DNA from: the human T2T-CHM13v2.0 reference genome, Homo sapiens
Length of the DNA stretch: 64,000 nt
Assembly (NCBI RefSeq): GCF_009914755.1
Contig: NC_060934.1
Strand: one strand, 5' to 3'
Of the stretch, positions 1-12,830 are shown piece after piece (position 1 is the first letter of the stretch; the number at the start of each line of letters is the position of its first letter). Made by a program: the position numbers and the translations under genes. Under the pieces are notes generated by a model. The model was not told where the DNA came from, did not search any database, and saw only the letters and a program-made list of their open reading frames with translations.

Positions 1-764
1 ACTAATTAGTTCTTTTGAGATTTGTCTTTTCTGCAGCACAGTTGCAAGTACCATGCTCTAGAGAATGCATTTTATCCCATAGCTGTTGAAAGAGAGGAAA
101 TTGAAATGTGTCAGGACTAGAACAAACCCAGGGACTGTTATGGAGGCCCCAGGAAGTTGCCTTGCAGACCCTTGGTGCCAGTGTCACCTATAGGAGCTGA
201 GGAGGTGGCCTCAGAGACATGGAGAGTTTGGCCCCGCCACTCCCAACCCTGGTAACTGCTCATCCCACCCTCAGTCTTGCCATAAGAGGAATGTCTTGCA
301 CATGCAAGAAGATGCCTCATACTTTTCAGAGCACCTCCACCTCTTCTGGCCTCTGCACAACTCTGTAGAACTGGGAGAACAAGTGTCCTTGACCCCACCA
401 GGAAGTTGAAGAAACTGGTCAGGTGAGTCTGTGGCTACACGTTAGCAGAGTAGTGAATGAAGCTAAGGGGAAACCACAGTGAGACTCGGGCACCAGCTAC
501 TCGGCCTTTGCTCTTAATGCCATCCCCCAAAATGTGGCCCAGTGCTGAAGGGCACGGCATCACAGCTGTGATTATATACAGCAAACCCTAATTAACCAGA
601 ATCTTCCATAAACCAGATGCTCCCCCTCCTTCATCCCCTTAGTACCATATTTCAAGGAGGGGAAAAAAAAAAGTAAATAGTAAAAACAGCTTATATGTTT
701 TTCAAAATATTTTTCTCATTATGAAGTTATTTCTATTACGAAAAGTACAAGTAGAGTAATAATA

Positions 765-1310
765 ATAATTGCCACTCTTCTGTGAGCATGTACCATATGT
801 CAGGCCTTATGTTAAGCCCTTTATATACATTATCTTGCTTAATCATTACAGCATCCCTATAAGGAAGCTCGCGTTAACCATCACTTCACAGGGGAGGAAA
901 GAGCGGCTAAGAAAAGTTAAGTAACCTCAGCACTTTGAGAGGCCGAAGTGGGCAGATCCCTTGATCCCAGGAGTTTGAGACCAGCCTGGGCAACATCCCT
1001 TCTCTACAAAACAAAACAAAACAAAACAAAAATTAGCCAAGAGTGATGGCACGCACCTGTAGTCCCAGCTACTCAGGAGGCTGACGTGGGAGGATCATTT
1101 GAGCCTGGTATGCCAAGGTTGCAGTGAGCCAAGATCACACCACTGCACTCCAGCCTCCCAAGCAACTGGGCGGCAGAGCGAGACCCTGTCTCTATTAAAA
1201 AACAAAGAGAAGTTAAATAAGCCAAAGTCACAAAACTAGTAAGTGGTCAAGCTGGATTCCAGTTCAGGTCTGTCTGGCTTCAAAGCTGGTATGCTTATCT
1301 ACTCTGTTGC
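765..1310 (-). mobile_element. MIR SINE interrupted by an Alu
   Basis: Reverse-complement MIR core on both sides of the Alu (cttcacaggggaggaaa...gttaagtaac / aaagtcacaaaactagtaagtgg...tctggcttcaaagc). Confidence 0.75.
921..1203 (+). mobile_element. AluJ-type, 5' truncated, with (AAAAC)n middle tract
   Basis: Alu arms with ggaggatcatttgagcc J-type diagnostics; diverged TSD aagaaaagttaagtaa / aagagaagttaaataa. Confidence 0.9.
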
Positions 1311-1971
1311 CTCCCTAAACATCATCCGCCATCTCATCAGTGTTATCGATTTCCCTCCAGTCTTTTTCAAAAGCACTTTCATTTACTTGAGAACATTTTA
1401 TTTATGCAATTTCATATGTTAAATTTCTAGTTATTATAAAGCAAACATTTCCCCATATTCTTATAAACATTTTATAAACTCCATTTTAATGATTGCCTAA
1501 TATTACATAAAATGAATTGATCACAGTTTACATAATCCCTTTTTATTAGAAGTTTATATTGTTTCCTCCACAGTTTTGTTTTGTTGCTGTTATGTATAAT
1601 ATATAATTAATACTATAACAAACATCTTTATACATAAAAGCATCAGCACTTGATGGATTCTAGGAATCTCTTATTGCCAAGATTATTTTCCTTCCAAGCA
1701 ATAGCAGAGAAATCAGATAATCAGAGCCTGCTGTAGACCTAGGTATCTTCTGAGAACCAGTGCTCAGAATGAAGATCCAGAGTTTCGCCTGGGCTCCAAA
1801 GCACAACAGGAAAAAATTTTCTTGAGTGAATACTGAGCACAAGCAAGAAAGTAAGCTCAGGCGGTGATTTTCACATGTGCATCAATTTCCTGAAGCACTT
1901 ACTAAAAATTTGATTCTTGGGGTCTGCCTCAGACCTTCAGAATTTGAATGGGTAATATCATGTAACCCACT

Positions 1972-2872
1972 TTTTTTAATAGACAAAAATTGTACATGTC
2001 TATCATGTACAATGTGTTGTTTTGAAATATGTATACATTGTGGAATGGCTAAATTGATGTAATTAGCACATGCATTACCTCACATACTTAACTTTTTTTG
2101 TAATAAGAATACTTAAAATCTATTCTCTTAGCAATTTTTAAGAATACATTATTAACTATAGTCACCATGTTGAATAAGAGATCTCTTATGTCTCTTATGT
2201 AACTGAAATTATGTATCCCTTGAGCAACATCTCCCCAACTCCCCCAACTCCAGCCCCTGGTGACCACCATTCTACTCTCTACTCCTAGGAATTCAACATT
2301 TTTAGATGCTACATGTAAGTGAGATCTTGCAGTATTTGTCTTTCTGTGACTACCTTACTTCACTCCACACAATGCCCTCCAGGTTCTTTCATGTTGTTGC
2401 AAATGGTGGCAGAATTTGCTTCTTTTTTAAGGCTAAATAGTATTCCATTGGGTATATATATATATATATATATACCACATTTTCTCTTTTAATTTTTATG
2501 GATATATAATAATACATATTTATGGGGGTTCATATGATACTTTGATAAAAATGTAATACTTTGATACAATATGTAATGATGAAATAGGGTAATTGCGGTA
2601 TCTATTACATCAAGCATTTATCATTTCCTTGATACACTTTATTTTAAAATCTATTCATCCTTTGATGAAAACTTAGGTTGACTCATAGTCTTGGCTATTG
2701 TGAATAGTGCTGCAGTGAACATGGGAGTGCAGATATCTCTTCGACATATTGATTTCCTTTCTTTTGGCTATATACCCAATAGTGGGATTGCTGGATCATA
2801 TGGTAATTCTATTTTTAATTTTTTGAGGAACTTCCATACTGTTTCCCATAATGGCTGTACTAATTTACATTT
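1972..2872 (-). mobile_element. L1 (L1MA-type) 3' end fragment, with a second L1 3'-UTR piece nested at about 2490-2630
   Basis: Typical antisense L1 3' text (gtgagatcttgcagtatttgtctttctgtg, gctattgtgaatagtgctgcagtgaacatgggagtgcagatatctctt, ggattgctggatcatatggtaattctatttt). Confidence 0.88.
2453..2474. repeat. (TA)n microsatellite within L1
   Basis: Direct reading. Confidence 0.95.
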
Positions 2873-3360
2873 CCTTGTTACCAATATTTTAATCACACTT
2901 TATGCACACTTAAGATTGAGACTCAATACTGTAGGAATGCTTAAAGTTGAAGTTGGTTGCAGTGGTAATGGAGAATGGAAGTTGACAAAGTAATTGTTAC
3001 CACCAGCTCCTCCCATAATTGCTTCTGTTCGGGTGTGATGGAGGAACTGTTGAGCTGGTGCTGACAGGAGGCAGCGTGTGGTAAGAAGTAGCGGCTGAAG
3101 GTAGGGGGTATGTTCCTTGGGTAGTTGCAGATGGGTAAAAGGCTTTGCTAGGTAAAAGTGCAAAGCCCTGATTTTGGAGGTATATACTCTGTATGCTATT
3201 AACTACCAAGAAATTAAGAAAAAGCACAGTGTACTAGAAAGGGCATTTGGGAGTCAGGAGAACTATGTTCTGAATATGACCCTCATACAAAATAGGGAGC
3301 TTCCATGACTCAGTTAACCTCTCTGGGACTCCACGTCTTATATATGAAATGGAATGTCGG

Positions 3361-3578
3361 ACCGGTTTTTGCACTTTTTTGGATCTCAGGTCCCTTTGAG
3401 AATCAGATGAAAGCTATGAATCTTCTCATAAAAAGTGCATGCAAACATAATAAAAATAATAATAGCTTTGAACAATGTCATTAGCAAAAATTGACATGTC
3501 AGGCAAATACAGAACATTCTGCATCTATTTTCCAGGATTTGTAGGGTATATGAAACCTCAGATTAAGAACTCCTGGAC
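3361..3578. mobile_element. hAT-Charlie-type MITE inserted next to a MIR fragment (about 3225-3355)
   Basis: ggtccctttgagaatcagatgaaagctatg body and cagattaagaactcctg terminus resemble Charlie-family MERs; subfamily not assigned. Confidence 0.55.
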
Positions 3579-3884
3579 TGGGTGATCTTTAAGAACCTTT
3601 TCTGTTCTCACATACTTGCATTCCATCAATGAAACAAAAAAGGTGTTTCCAATGATTCTCTGTAAACGTTACACTTCATTAATTAGAACAACTCATTTCC
3701 TTAGAATTTTAATTCATGAAAATATGAAAATAATGACATTAGATCATACCTTTTATTGAGAGCATACCATGTATCAGGCACTGTTATGTGCCTATAATTT
3801 GTGTTCCTAAGAGATAACCACTTAATGAAGTGTTAGTAGGATAAATACTTCAGCGAAAGGCTTATTGAAGCCAAATTTTTCTAG

Positions 3885-4080
3885 GATTTATTGAGCACCT
3901 ACTATGTTCATTATCTCCTCGATTTTCACAATAATACTTAGGTAGGGATTGTTACCTTCTCTGGTTTTACAGATGAGAAAGCTGAAGTTCAGACCCGTTT
4001 AAGGAAGTCCTTCAACACAGCTGCTTTAGTGGAGCTGGGATTCAAACCCTGCTCTTAAGCTGCAAAGCAGTGCTCTTACG
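3885..4080 (-). mobile_element. MIR
   Basis: ttttacagatgagaaagctgaagttcaga...ggagctgggattcaaacc. Confidence 0.75.
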
Positions 4081-4158
4081 GGTTGTGTTGTGCTTCTTTT
4101 CAGTAGCCTATCAACTGTTCTAATTCATTTAAATAATGATTATGAGAATCTGACTTGA

Positions 4159-4580
<422 letters not shown>

Positions 4581-4784
4581 TAACAGTGTGAATTTAAACA
4601 CTGTTATTCACTTCAGCCTTATCTGGCATATGTGGAGCACTTGCCGTAGGTGAATTGTTCGACTAAGACTCAGAGGATGGTGGAGTTTGTGCCTTTAGGA
4701 GATTCAGCATTGCGGCTAAGGTTCCATCACTGTACGTAGCTGGCTCTATTCTCATAGGTCAGTGTGCTGTTTGCAGCCTACTGT

Positions 4785-4985
4785 CCATAAGGCAAACTAC
4801 AACCCACGGGCCATGTGCAGCGCTCAGCCTGTTACAGAGTTTTATTGGCACACTGCCACACTCATACGCTTACATCTTATCTATGGCTGTTTTTGTGCTA
4901 TGACAGCTGATTTGAGTATGGCTCACAAAGCTGAAAATACCAACACTCTGACCCTGTACAGAAAAATGTATTGACCTCTGATATA
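4785..4985. mobile_element. MER58A-like hAT-Charlie MITE
   Basis: ggcaaactacaacccacgggcc...gttttattggcacactgccac...ccctgtacagaaaaa...gacctctg. Confidence 0.75.
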
Positions 4986-5818
4986 GACCAATGAGGTTCA
5001 TTAAATTTTAAGACATCATTTCTAAGATACACCATTTTTATATGTGCCACATTGCATATACAATAAAAAGCACTGCTGATTAACAACTGTAAAATGCCAT
5101 CAATTGAGATGCCACCAATTCTGGAGATATTGAAATTTGAACCAAACAGTGTATCTTACAATTGAAATTTAATACTTTTCAAAGTGATGTTTGAGATTGA
5201 GAGGCATTAAAATAAAACCCTGTAAATACGGATTGTCTTAAAGACAATTTTACCCTGCCCATAAGTCAACCAGTCTGTTGCTCCCCACGAAACCTATACT
5301 AACAGACCATGTGATAGGACCCAGTGAATTAGAAAAGCACTGGCTTCTTGGCATCTGTCTTCCCAAAGACTGTTGCTAATAATGAGTGGAAGAAATATTT
5401 TGGCATTGTCCTCTGATACTATTTTCAACTCCTGTTAGTATAAATATTTGGGGTGTTTCAGTACAGTGGGTTGTGTGGCAGTAAAATTGTTAGTTCTTTT
5501 ATCTTAGGGCTGGCATATTTGAACAGTATGCCTGTTCTTAAAATGTGTTATGAGGCTATGTACAAAAGGCTTTGTAGTAGTTTGGAATGGGAGGCTTCTC
5601 AGATGTTGCTTATGGTTAGATTCTTACTAGTCTGAAAAATATGCTAATTATATACTAGCCTCTGAGCAGAGAGAGTGAACTCAATATTACAATTTTAAAC
5701 TTCCTCAAAACAAAAACAGGACACCACGTAAGGGGAAGTAGTGATTAATGCATAAACAGTATGTGCCTCGTATGTGTACACAAATTGTCCCTTATGTCTA
5801 CATACGTTTGTATATTCA

Positions 5819-6120
<302 letters not shown>

Positions 6121-9100
6121 TAAGTCATGGTATTTTGTTTTGTTCTGCTTTTTTTTTTTTCTTCAAAAATAGAAATTTAGGAATTCTGAGTCAGGCCACA
6201 TATTATTTGGCTAATTCAGCTGCAGAGTAAGTTATTAATGACCCCCAGATGTTGTTTATAGTGATTGGAAATGTTTGGTTGTGAAATAATATTTTCTTTT
6301 TTGTGTGTGCAAGTGATATTTCTTAATATGCTCTACAGCATCTGAATAAAAGTTTGATGGCAGAACAGTTTGCATGTCCAATGTAATTGCTTCTAAGTGA
6401 GCTCTTCATTCTTCACATTTTTAGCTCTAATTGCTTTTTTTCCCATATGTCTAAAAATAAATATTTGCAAGTTTTGTGTTCTGCTACTCATTGTAATACA
6501 TAAAATATTTGTACACTGAGCAAAATTCACTGATAATGTTCACAGTGGGCTATTTAGAGAAAGTAAGGTTTGTGTGTAGAGGAGATAAAATACATTTTTA
6601 TTATTCAATAGTATAAATGCCAGAGAAAGCCATTTATCTTACTTTGAAAGAATATTTTTAAAGAAGTGGCCAGATATTTGACCTCTGAGATGATTTAAAT
6701 AGATTCAGTTGGAAGAAAAGATCCAGTGTCAAAAATAATCGGGTTTTCTATATAATAGATATTTTAAATGATCTCTGCAAGGTGGCAATTAATTTTTTAT
6801 TATCAGGGACAGAGGCCCCACTATGTAGATTATCTAAGTCCCTGACTTCCTGGGCAGACCTCCTCTCCCTTCGTTTGAGTTTATTCCAGCTCATTAGCAC
6901 CTCCATCCGAAGGTTGGCAGAGAAAAGGAGAGGAAGAAAAAATGAAATCACTTCTGCTGCTCTTAATGGCCCTTGGAAAGAATGGATCATGAATGAAACA
7001 GAAACCAGTGGGAAAGATAAGCCATTGGATTTTCTGTGTTTTCTTTTATCCTTGCCTTCCTTCGTCACCACAGATAATCAATAGTTGGCTTAAAGACTTT
7101 TAAATGAACTGCACATTGGAAGGCTTTGTAGTTGTAATACCAATATCATTATTATCTTTACGTTTCCAAAGACTGGGTGGGTGCCAGAGAGGTAAATATT
7201 GCCCGGTCTCCATGTTGGCATGAGACGCGTTCCTGACCTTTTTTTTTTTTTTTCAAACCTGCCCCTCCCCCGCCCCCACCACTGTCGTCTTTTATGCACA
7301 GAAGGTAATTTTTTGTGGGTGTTCAGATACAAACATCTGCTTGACCACCCTGTCTTGTGATTATGTCTTATGATCCTGACCTGGTGATATTTTGCATTAA
7401 TGAAAGTTGGCTGGTTTGGTCTTCCCCATCATATTTACTTCTTAATGTGTTGCTATATTTACAGTTCACCAAGAACAATCTGTGACAAAGATCTGCTTTT
7501 ATCAGGACAGCTGCCAGATTCATACCACATCTCCAGGTTCTGTTAGACATCACAGTAAAGTAATTCTTTACTGCTTGCTTTACTTGAGCCATCTTTCTAA
7601 TGTGTATTCTTGAAAGTATCCTGGCTGTATGAATCTCAAATTTCAGTCCCTTTTTTAGACCACCATGCAGCCCAGAGGTTTGGAGCTTTGTCTTGGAAGC
7701 TCCTTCCATCAATCAGAATACCAAATTTACATTGTTAGGTTCCCTGGAGGTGTTGGAGCTCTGGATTCAGCAATTATTGTGAATAAGAACCTTGCAGCTA
7801 GGGTGAGTGCCAACATTCCAAGTGCTAGCACAATGGAAAAGAGAAGTGGTTTATGTTAGAATATGGTCACATTCTTCTGATTAAACCCACTCAAAAAAGA
7901 CAACATTGTAATATTTTCCAATGACTGTTTATCATGAATTACGTCAGCCTTCGTTTAAATTGCTATTATTTCTCCTTAATGCTTCTTGGTGCCTGCATAA
8001 TTTACGGCACTGGCAGCCTCGGGACTATGAAATAACCTTTCACAACCACCGTACAATAGTGAAGAACATGGCGTTTTTGTTGTTAATTATTATAGGACTC
8101 CTTTAACTTTTACAAAGTGACATAAAATATTGTTGAGGCATTTATGATTCAAGCTACTTTTACATGGATCTATTTTGCTTCTGGCTAGTTCTTAACTAAA
8201 GCAATCATTTGTGGTTATTAGGCCGCCGGAGATATTATGTCAGAACTGGTTTAAGAGTATTATTATGTATCCCATGTCATACACTACATGTCAGCACTTG
8301 AGGCTGTCTTTCAATAAAAACAAATGTAATTTTAGTTTGTGCTCTTTTAGGGATTGGCCATTTATAAGCCAACCTGAGTTCATTCGAAGGTGTCCCAACC
8401 ATTTAGGAGCTTGTTTCAGCCTTCCATCATACACTTTTAGTCTCTTTCCTGTGGATTTAAGACCTTTCCAAAACAAACTTTGGCAAAGGTTTAATTCAGA
8501 GTGAAGATTTGCTCCTAGGGAGCCACAGAATTAGCAAGGACTGGTTAATCGCCCAGGGCTGAGCTCGTTCTGATTCCCACATTTTGTGGGTTTTCTTACA
8601 GATTTCCTAGGCAGTGAGTCTTCTAATTGTGACCCTCCTAACTGTGACCCTCTGAAGAGAAGCGAGTCTCAGCCCATAGAAGACCCTGCCTTACATTCAA
8701 AGAGGCTACCCTAACTTTCTGGCGAGGAGTCTTGAGTAGAAGGGAGGTGGAAACAAAAAAGGATGGGAACATGTTTGAGTTTCCACAAAGCTACACTTCC
8801 AAGCAAACTTTGAATTAATATGTCACTCCCCTGGGTTCCAAATACTATGCATATTTTCCAGTCCTTGCTTATTTAAAGCAAGAAAGGAAGGGCGTGCCAG
8901 AAAGTTTTACAAAGAATGAAAACACATTAATGACTCATGTGAACAATTACTGATTTTCTTAACATATAATTTCTTAATTACTGTCAACCAAAATAATTTG
9001 CATGATAATATTTTTCCTCCCCTCCCCCATCTGTGTTTAAAAGGCATAAAATAATGATCAAAGAGTCTGTTTGATCAATAGTCGGGAAATTTAACTCCTT

Positions 9101-9684
9101 AATTCTTAGTGGATTGATGGGACTTTGACATCGGATATTCTTCAGAATAATCACCTCCAACACAATGGGCAAAATGAGCTCTCCAGTAAAACAAACAGCT
9201 TTGAAAAGAGCTCAGGGGCATTTTCTTTAGCTTGAATTCAAGGAGGAAATTGTGACTTTTATGAAACTTGCATAAATTTACATGTATCCTGTCAGAGTTT
9301 TAAAATTAGACAACATGCCTGAATGCCCTGGAAATGAGTCTGCCATCCAGATTTAGAGTGCTTTTAGCTTTTTTAATTAAAGACATTTCACAAGCCAACG
9401 CCAGAGAAGAGAATTAAGCATTACATAAGAACATAGCAAAGTTTGAGATTTAATGGGTGAATATTACGAACTTATAAAGGAGATAAAAAGTGTGAAAGGA
9501 GCGGTTATTGGGAGTTTTCTACATTTTGTTAAGTGTAAAAAATGGAAAAAATGAAAAGGCCAAGCTGCCATTTGCTGTAGCCCTCGTTCTGGAACTGGTT
9601 CAAAGCTCACAGAACTGACTGTGGGACTGTGATGCTTGTTAATGAGCATTTGTGGCAGTGCACTGGGATCATGGGTTTGTCACA

Positions 9685-9687
<3 letters not shown>

Positions 9688-9715
<28 letters not shown>
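9688..9715. repeat. (AT)14 microsatellite
   Basis: Direct reading. Confidence 0.95.
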
Positions 9716-9718
<3 letters not shown>

Positions 9719-10990
9719 AGAAGATAGAAGACAAAAGTTGTTGCTGCAGTGTGATTGTGAGAAACACAAAACAATCATCCTGAAGACTGCATTTACATAG
9801 AGCTCAGTGCCAAGTCCCACAAATACTCACTCTGGATTCTTTAATAACTGCTGATACATAGTTATCGAAAATTGTTTTTAGCTGCACATGCTATACCATT
9901 TAAAAAACTTAGACTAAATACTGTCAGCTCTTGTTTGCTTTCCTAGCATGTTATTCATTTATTGAGAAATTTGGAATGTAAAACATCTGGGAATAACTTG
10001 GTGTGTGCAAAGGCATCTTTAAAATGTGTATATTTCAGAACTTCTTTGGAGTATTTATTTAGAAATATGGGAAAATTCTGTAAACATGTTCTGGAATATA
10101 TGTAGCATTTGAATATGAAAGAGGAAGTTGGCATAATTGAAAACCTAAATTCATCTTCTATAAATATTACTCTGTCAGAGGAATGGGTTTCTGAAATTAG
10201 AGAATCCAGATTATGGTCAGCGATATTTACCAAGAAGTATCTCCTTTTGCCCTGGACAGAATGTGTGAACCAGAAACATCCATTCTGGCCCTTTCTGGGG
10301 TGTAATGTGGTCGTGTGACAATAACTTGGTTTTTTCTACAACAATGTTTATGTCTAAATAAAGAAGTTAATTTATTTCAGCGTTTCAAGGCATGAGTTGG
10401 AGCTGTGCAAACCCAATTGCTTAGAGTACAACCACTGTGGTGTTAATAGCTCCCTGGTTTGGTTCAACAGTTAGTCCATATATTTTATAGCCGGGTCTTT
10501 AAGAAACCAGTGCCATCACCACAATCATAGCAACTGGGAGATGACACAACATGGAAAGGAGTCAGAGAGGAGAATTTGTTAATGATTTATCAATTTTCTC
10601 CTTTTGGGAAAAGTAAATGTAATACCGAATATCACATAACTGTTTTTACTTCTTCTAAATTTCACATTTTGTAACCATTTTAGTAGCTTTAAGCCCTGGC
10701 ACTGTCCCCCTGTCCCATGTTCTCTTCTTTACTGAACTACAATTCATATAAGTGGAGCTCATACAATGAAGTTTGCCCATATAGTCCAGTGGGCTGGACT
10801 GGATAAACTCTAACGTCCTCCAAACACCACTTTCTGGAGATTGCAAAACCCATGTGAGCAATGAGGTTCTCTAGATGGTGTGCGGATTTCCAGTTAAGGG
10901 GCACTCTTACTGTAACCACTGTGGCCATGCCATCCTTTGGAAAACCTTACCCATTTACTTGTGTCTCACAGCTGCCCTCCTTTTTGATCC

Positions 10991-11306
10991 TGATAGAAGC
11001 AGGAGGAAGATAAGGGGGAAGGTCCCTGGAGAATCTCCCACTGACCTGTGCACTGGGAGGATGGGGTGGAGCCTTGGGAATTTCACACCTTTCGCAGGAA
11101 AGAGGAGCTGGCCCTCTCCTGTTCCTGGGTGGTAACCTGGGATTCAGTCGGTGAGGTAGAGAGCTTGTTAACAAGACTCCATCTCACTTTGCTGTGTTGC
11201 TTTTCCTTTTTCCTTTTTGCACAACAAATTCCACTCACCCTTCTATGTGTCCACAAGCCTAGTCCTTCCTGGTCATGTGACAGGAACCCAGTTTTTTTCT
11301 ACAACA
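10991..11306 (+). mobile_element. Solo ERV1-class LTR (MER61-like)
   Basis: TG...CA termini (TGATAG...ACAACA) flanked by perfect 4-bp TSD ATCC at 10987-10990 and 11307-11310. Confidence 0.8.
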
Positions 11307-12429
11307 ATCCCTCATTTGTGACACTGGCTGTGGATTTCCTATCATTAGAGGGAGATCATCAAAGGAATATTAAAATTAATGTGCTTTCCTTGAGATATTC
11401 CCTGGGTCTTGTCTTGTAAAAAACTGAAATGACAGAAAAGAACTGGAAGCAAAATGTAAATTGAAAACAAACCAAAAAAAATCTCCTCATTGTGAACGAT
11501 TCACAGAGCTCTCCTTTAACTGGAGTACAAGGTTAAATTTGCTCATTGATCAGGGCAGCAGAACCCGTGGTGCCCGTGTTAACGAACTTCCCATCTGTTT
11601 TCTTACGAGTTTTGATAAGGTCTTTAGTCAATGCTGGAAACAAGTCAAAGAAACATATCTCTGTGTTTGTCTCTTTGCCCTGCTTGGACTTTCCACACAC
11701 TGGAGCAAGTCTCCAGCCCCTTTCCCAATACCTAGTGGATGTGGCAGATGATCAGTCATTCAGAGAAGACTGTTTCACACCCCTTACTATGAACAATTCT
11801 TATCTGTTCATTAAAGTAACACTTCTCTGTGGACGTGCTTGGTTAGCAAATAGCTGAATGTCTGAAAGTAACAAAATGCTTACTAGAATATTCATCAACT
11901 CAGACTTCTTGTGCATTTGCTCCTTAGATTTAGGGCAAGGCACTCTTCCCCATATTGCCTCCTTTGGCCATCATCATTCATAGTATATTAACTGAGTGGG
12001 CCTGAAAGAAGTATTGTTATCTTGAGAGCTCCATGTATTTGCATGTATGACACAGAATCCTTTTGAGTCTTCTCACACCAACTGAACCAAATCCTATATT
12101 TATGCACATGTGAGCAGGTCACTGCCACATTTTGAGTCATATTCTTGTACCAGAAGAATAAAGTACTGCAGAGCTGAAGGATTTGGTCAGTGAAAGGTTG
12201 ATTTGGAAAGTGGAAGAGGATAAGGAATTTAAAGCAGACTGTCAAGTCAGAAACAACAGACTCTTGGTGAGATTAGGAAAGAAAAAAGGAAGTGGGGGAA
12301 TACATAGCTGCAACCTTGATTTAAAAGACAAGTAGCGATGTGATATTAATCAAGCAAAAGGAAGCCTTACTTATAAAATGAGTAAGAATGGCACTTTTTA
12401 AGAGAGCTATTTCTGATCTCCAAATCAAG

Positions 12430-12830
12430 CCACAAATATTTATTGAATAGTGACTGTTCTGCCCTGAACTGTGCCCTAGGCACATTGAAGGACACAGACT
12501 GTTTGGGAGACTAAGTAAAGTAGTCGTTATGATCAGGGTCACATACGTGTAGATAAAGTGGTGTTCCCTTTGAGTCTTGGATACCGATAGGCTTCTGTAT
12601 CCACACAAAGATATGGAAAACTCTGATTTAAGTGCCTGCCCCCTCTGCAGCTTCACTTTCAAGCCTTGATTTCCCTAGTTTTAAAATGGGGATGATAATC
12701 CTCTCAGCACAGAGTGCCTTATTCATCCATCCATCTGTACTTCTTTCTGTCAAGGCCATCGTTCATCAATTCAACAAATATTTAGGGATAACTTATTATG
12801 TACCAGATAATCCATGAGGCCCTGATTAAA
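12430..12830. mobile_element. L2 3' end and MIR fragments
   Basis: aaatatttattgaatag, ttcatcaattcaacaaatattt, ttttaaaatggggatgataat. Confidence 0.55.

Noticed and set aside
6748-7084. Overlapping sense and antisense ORFs of about 100 aa
   Set aside because: GTG starts, no known protein resemblance, no convincing splice sites
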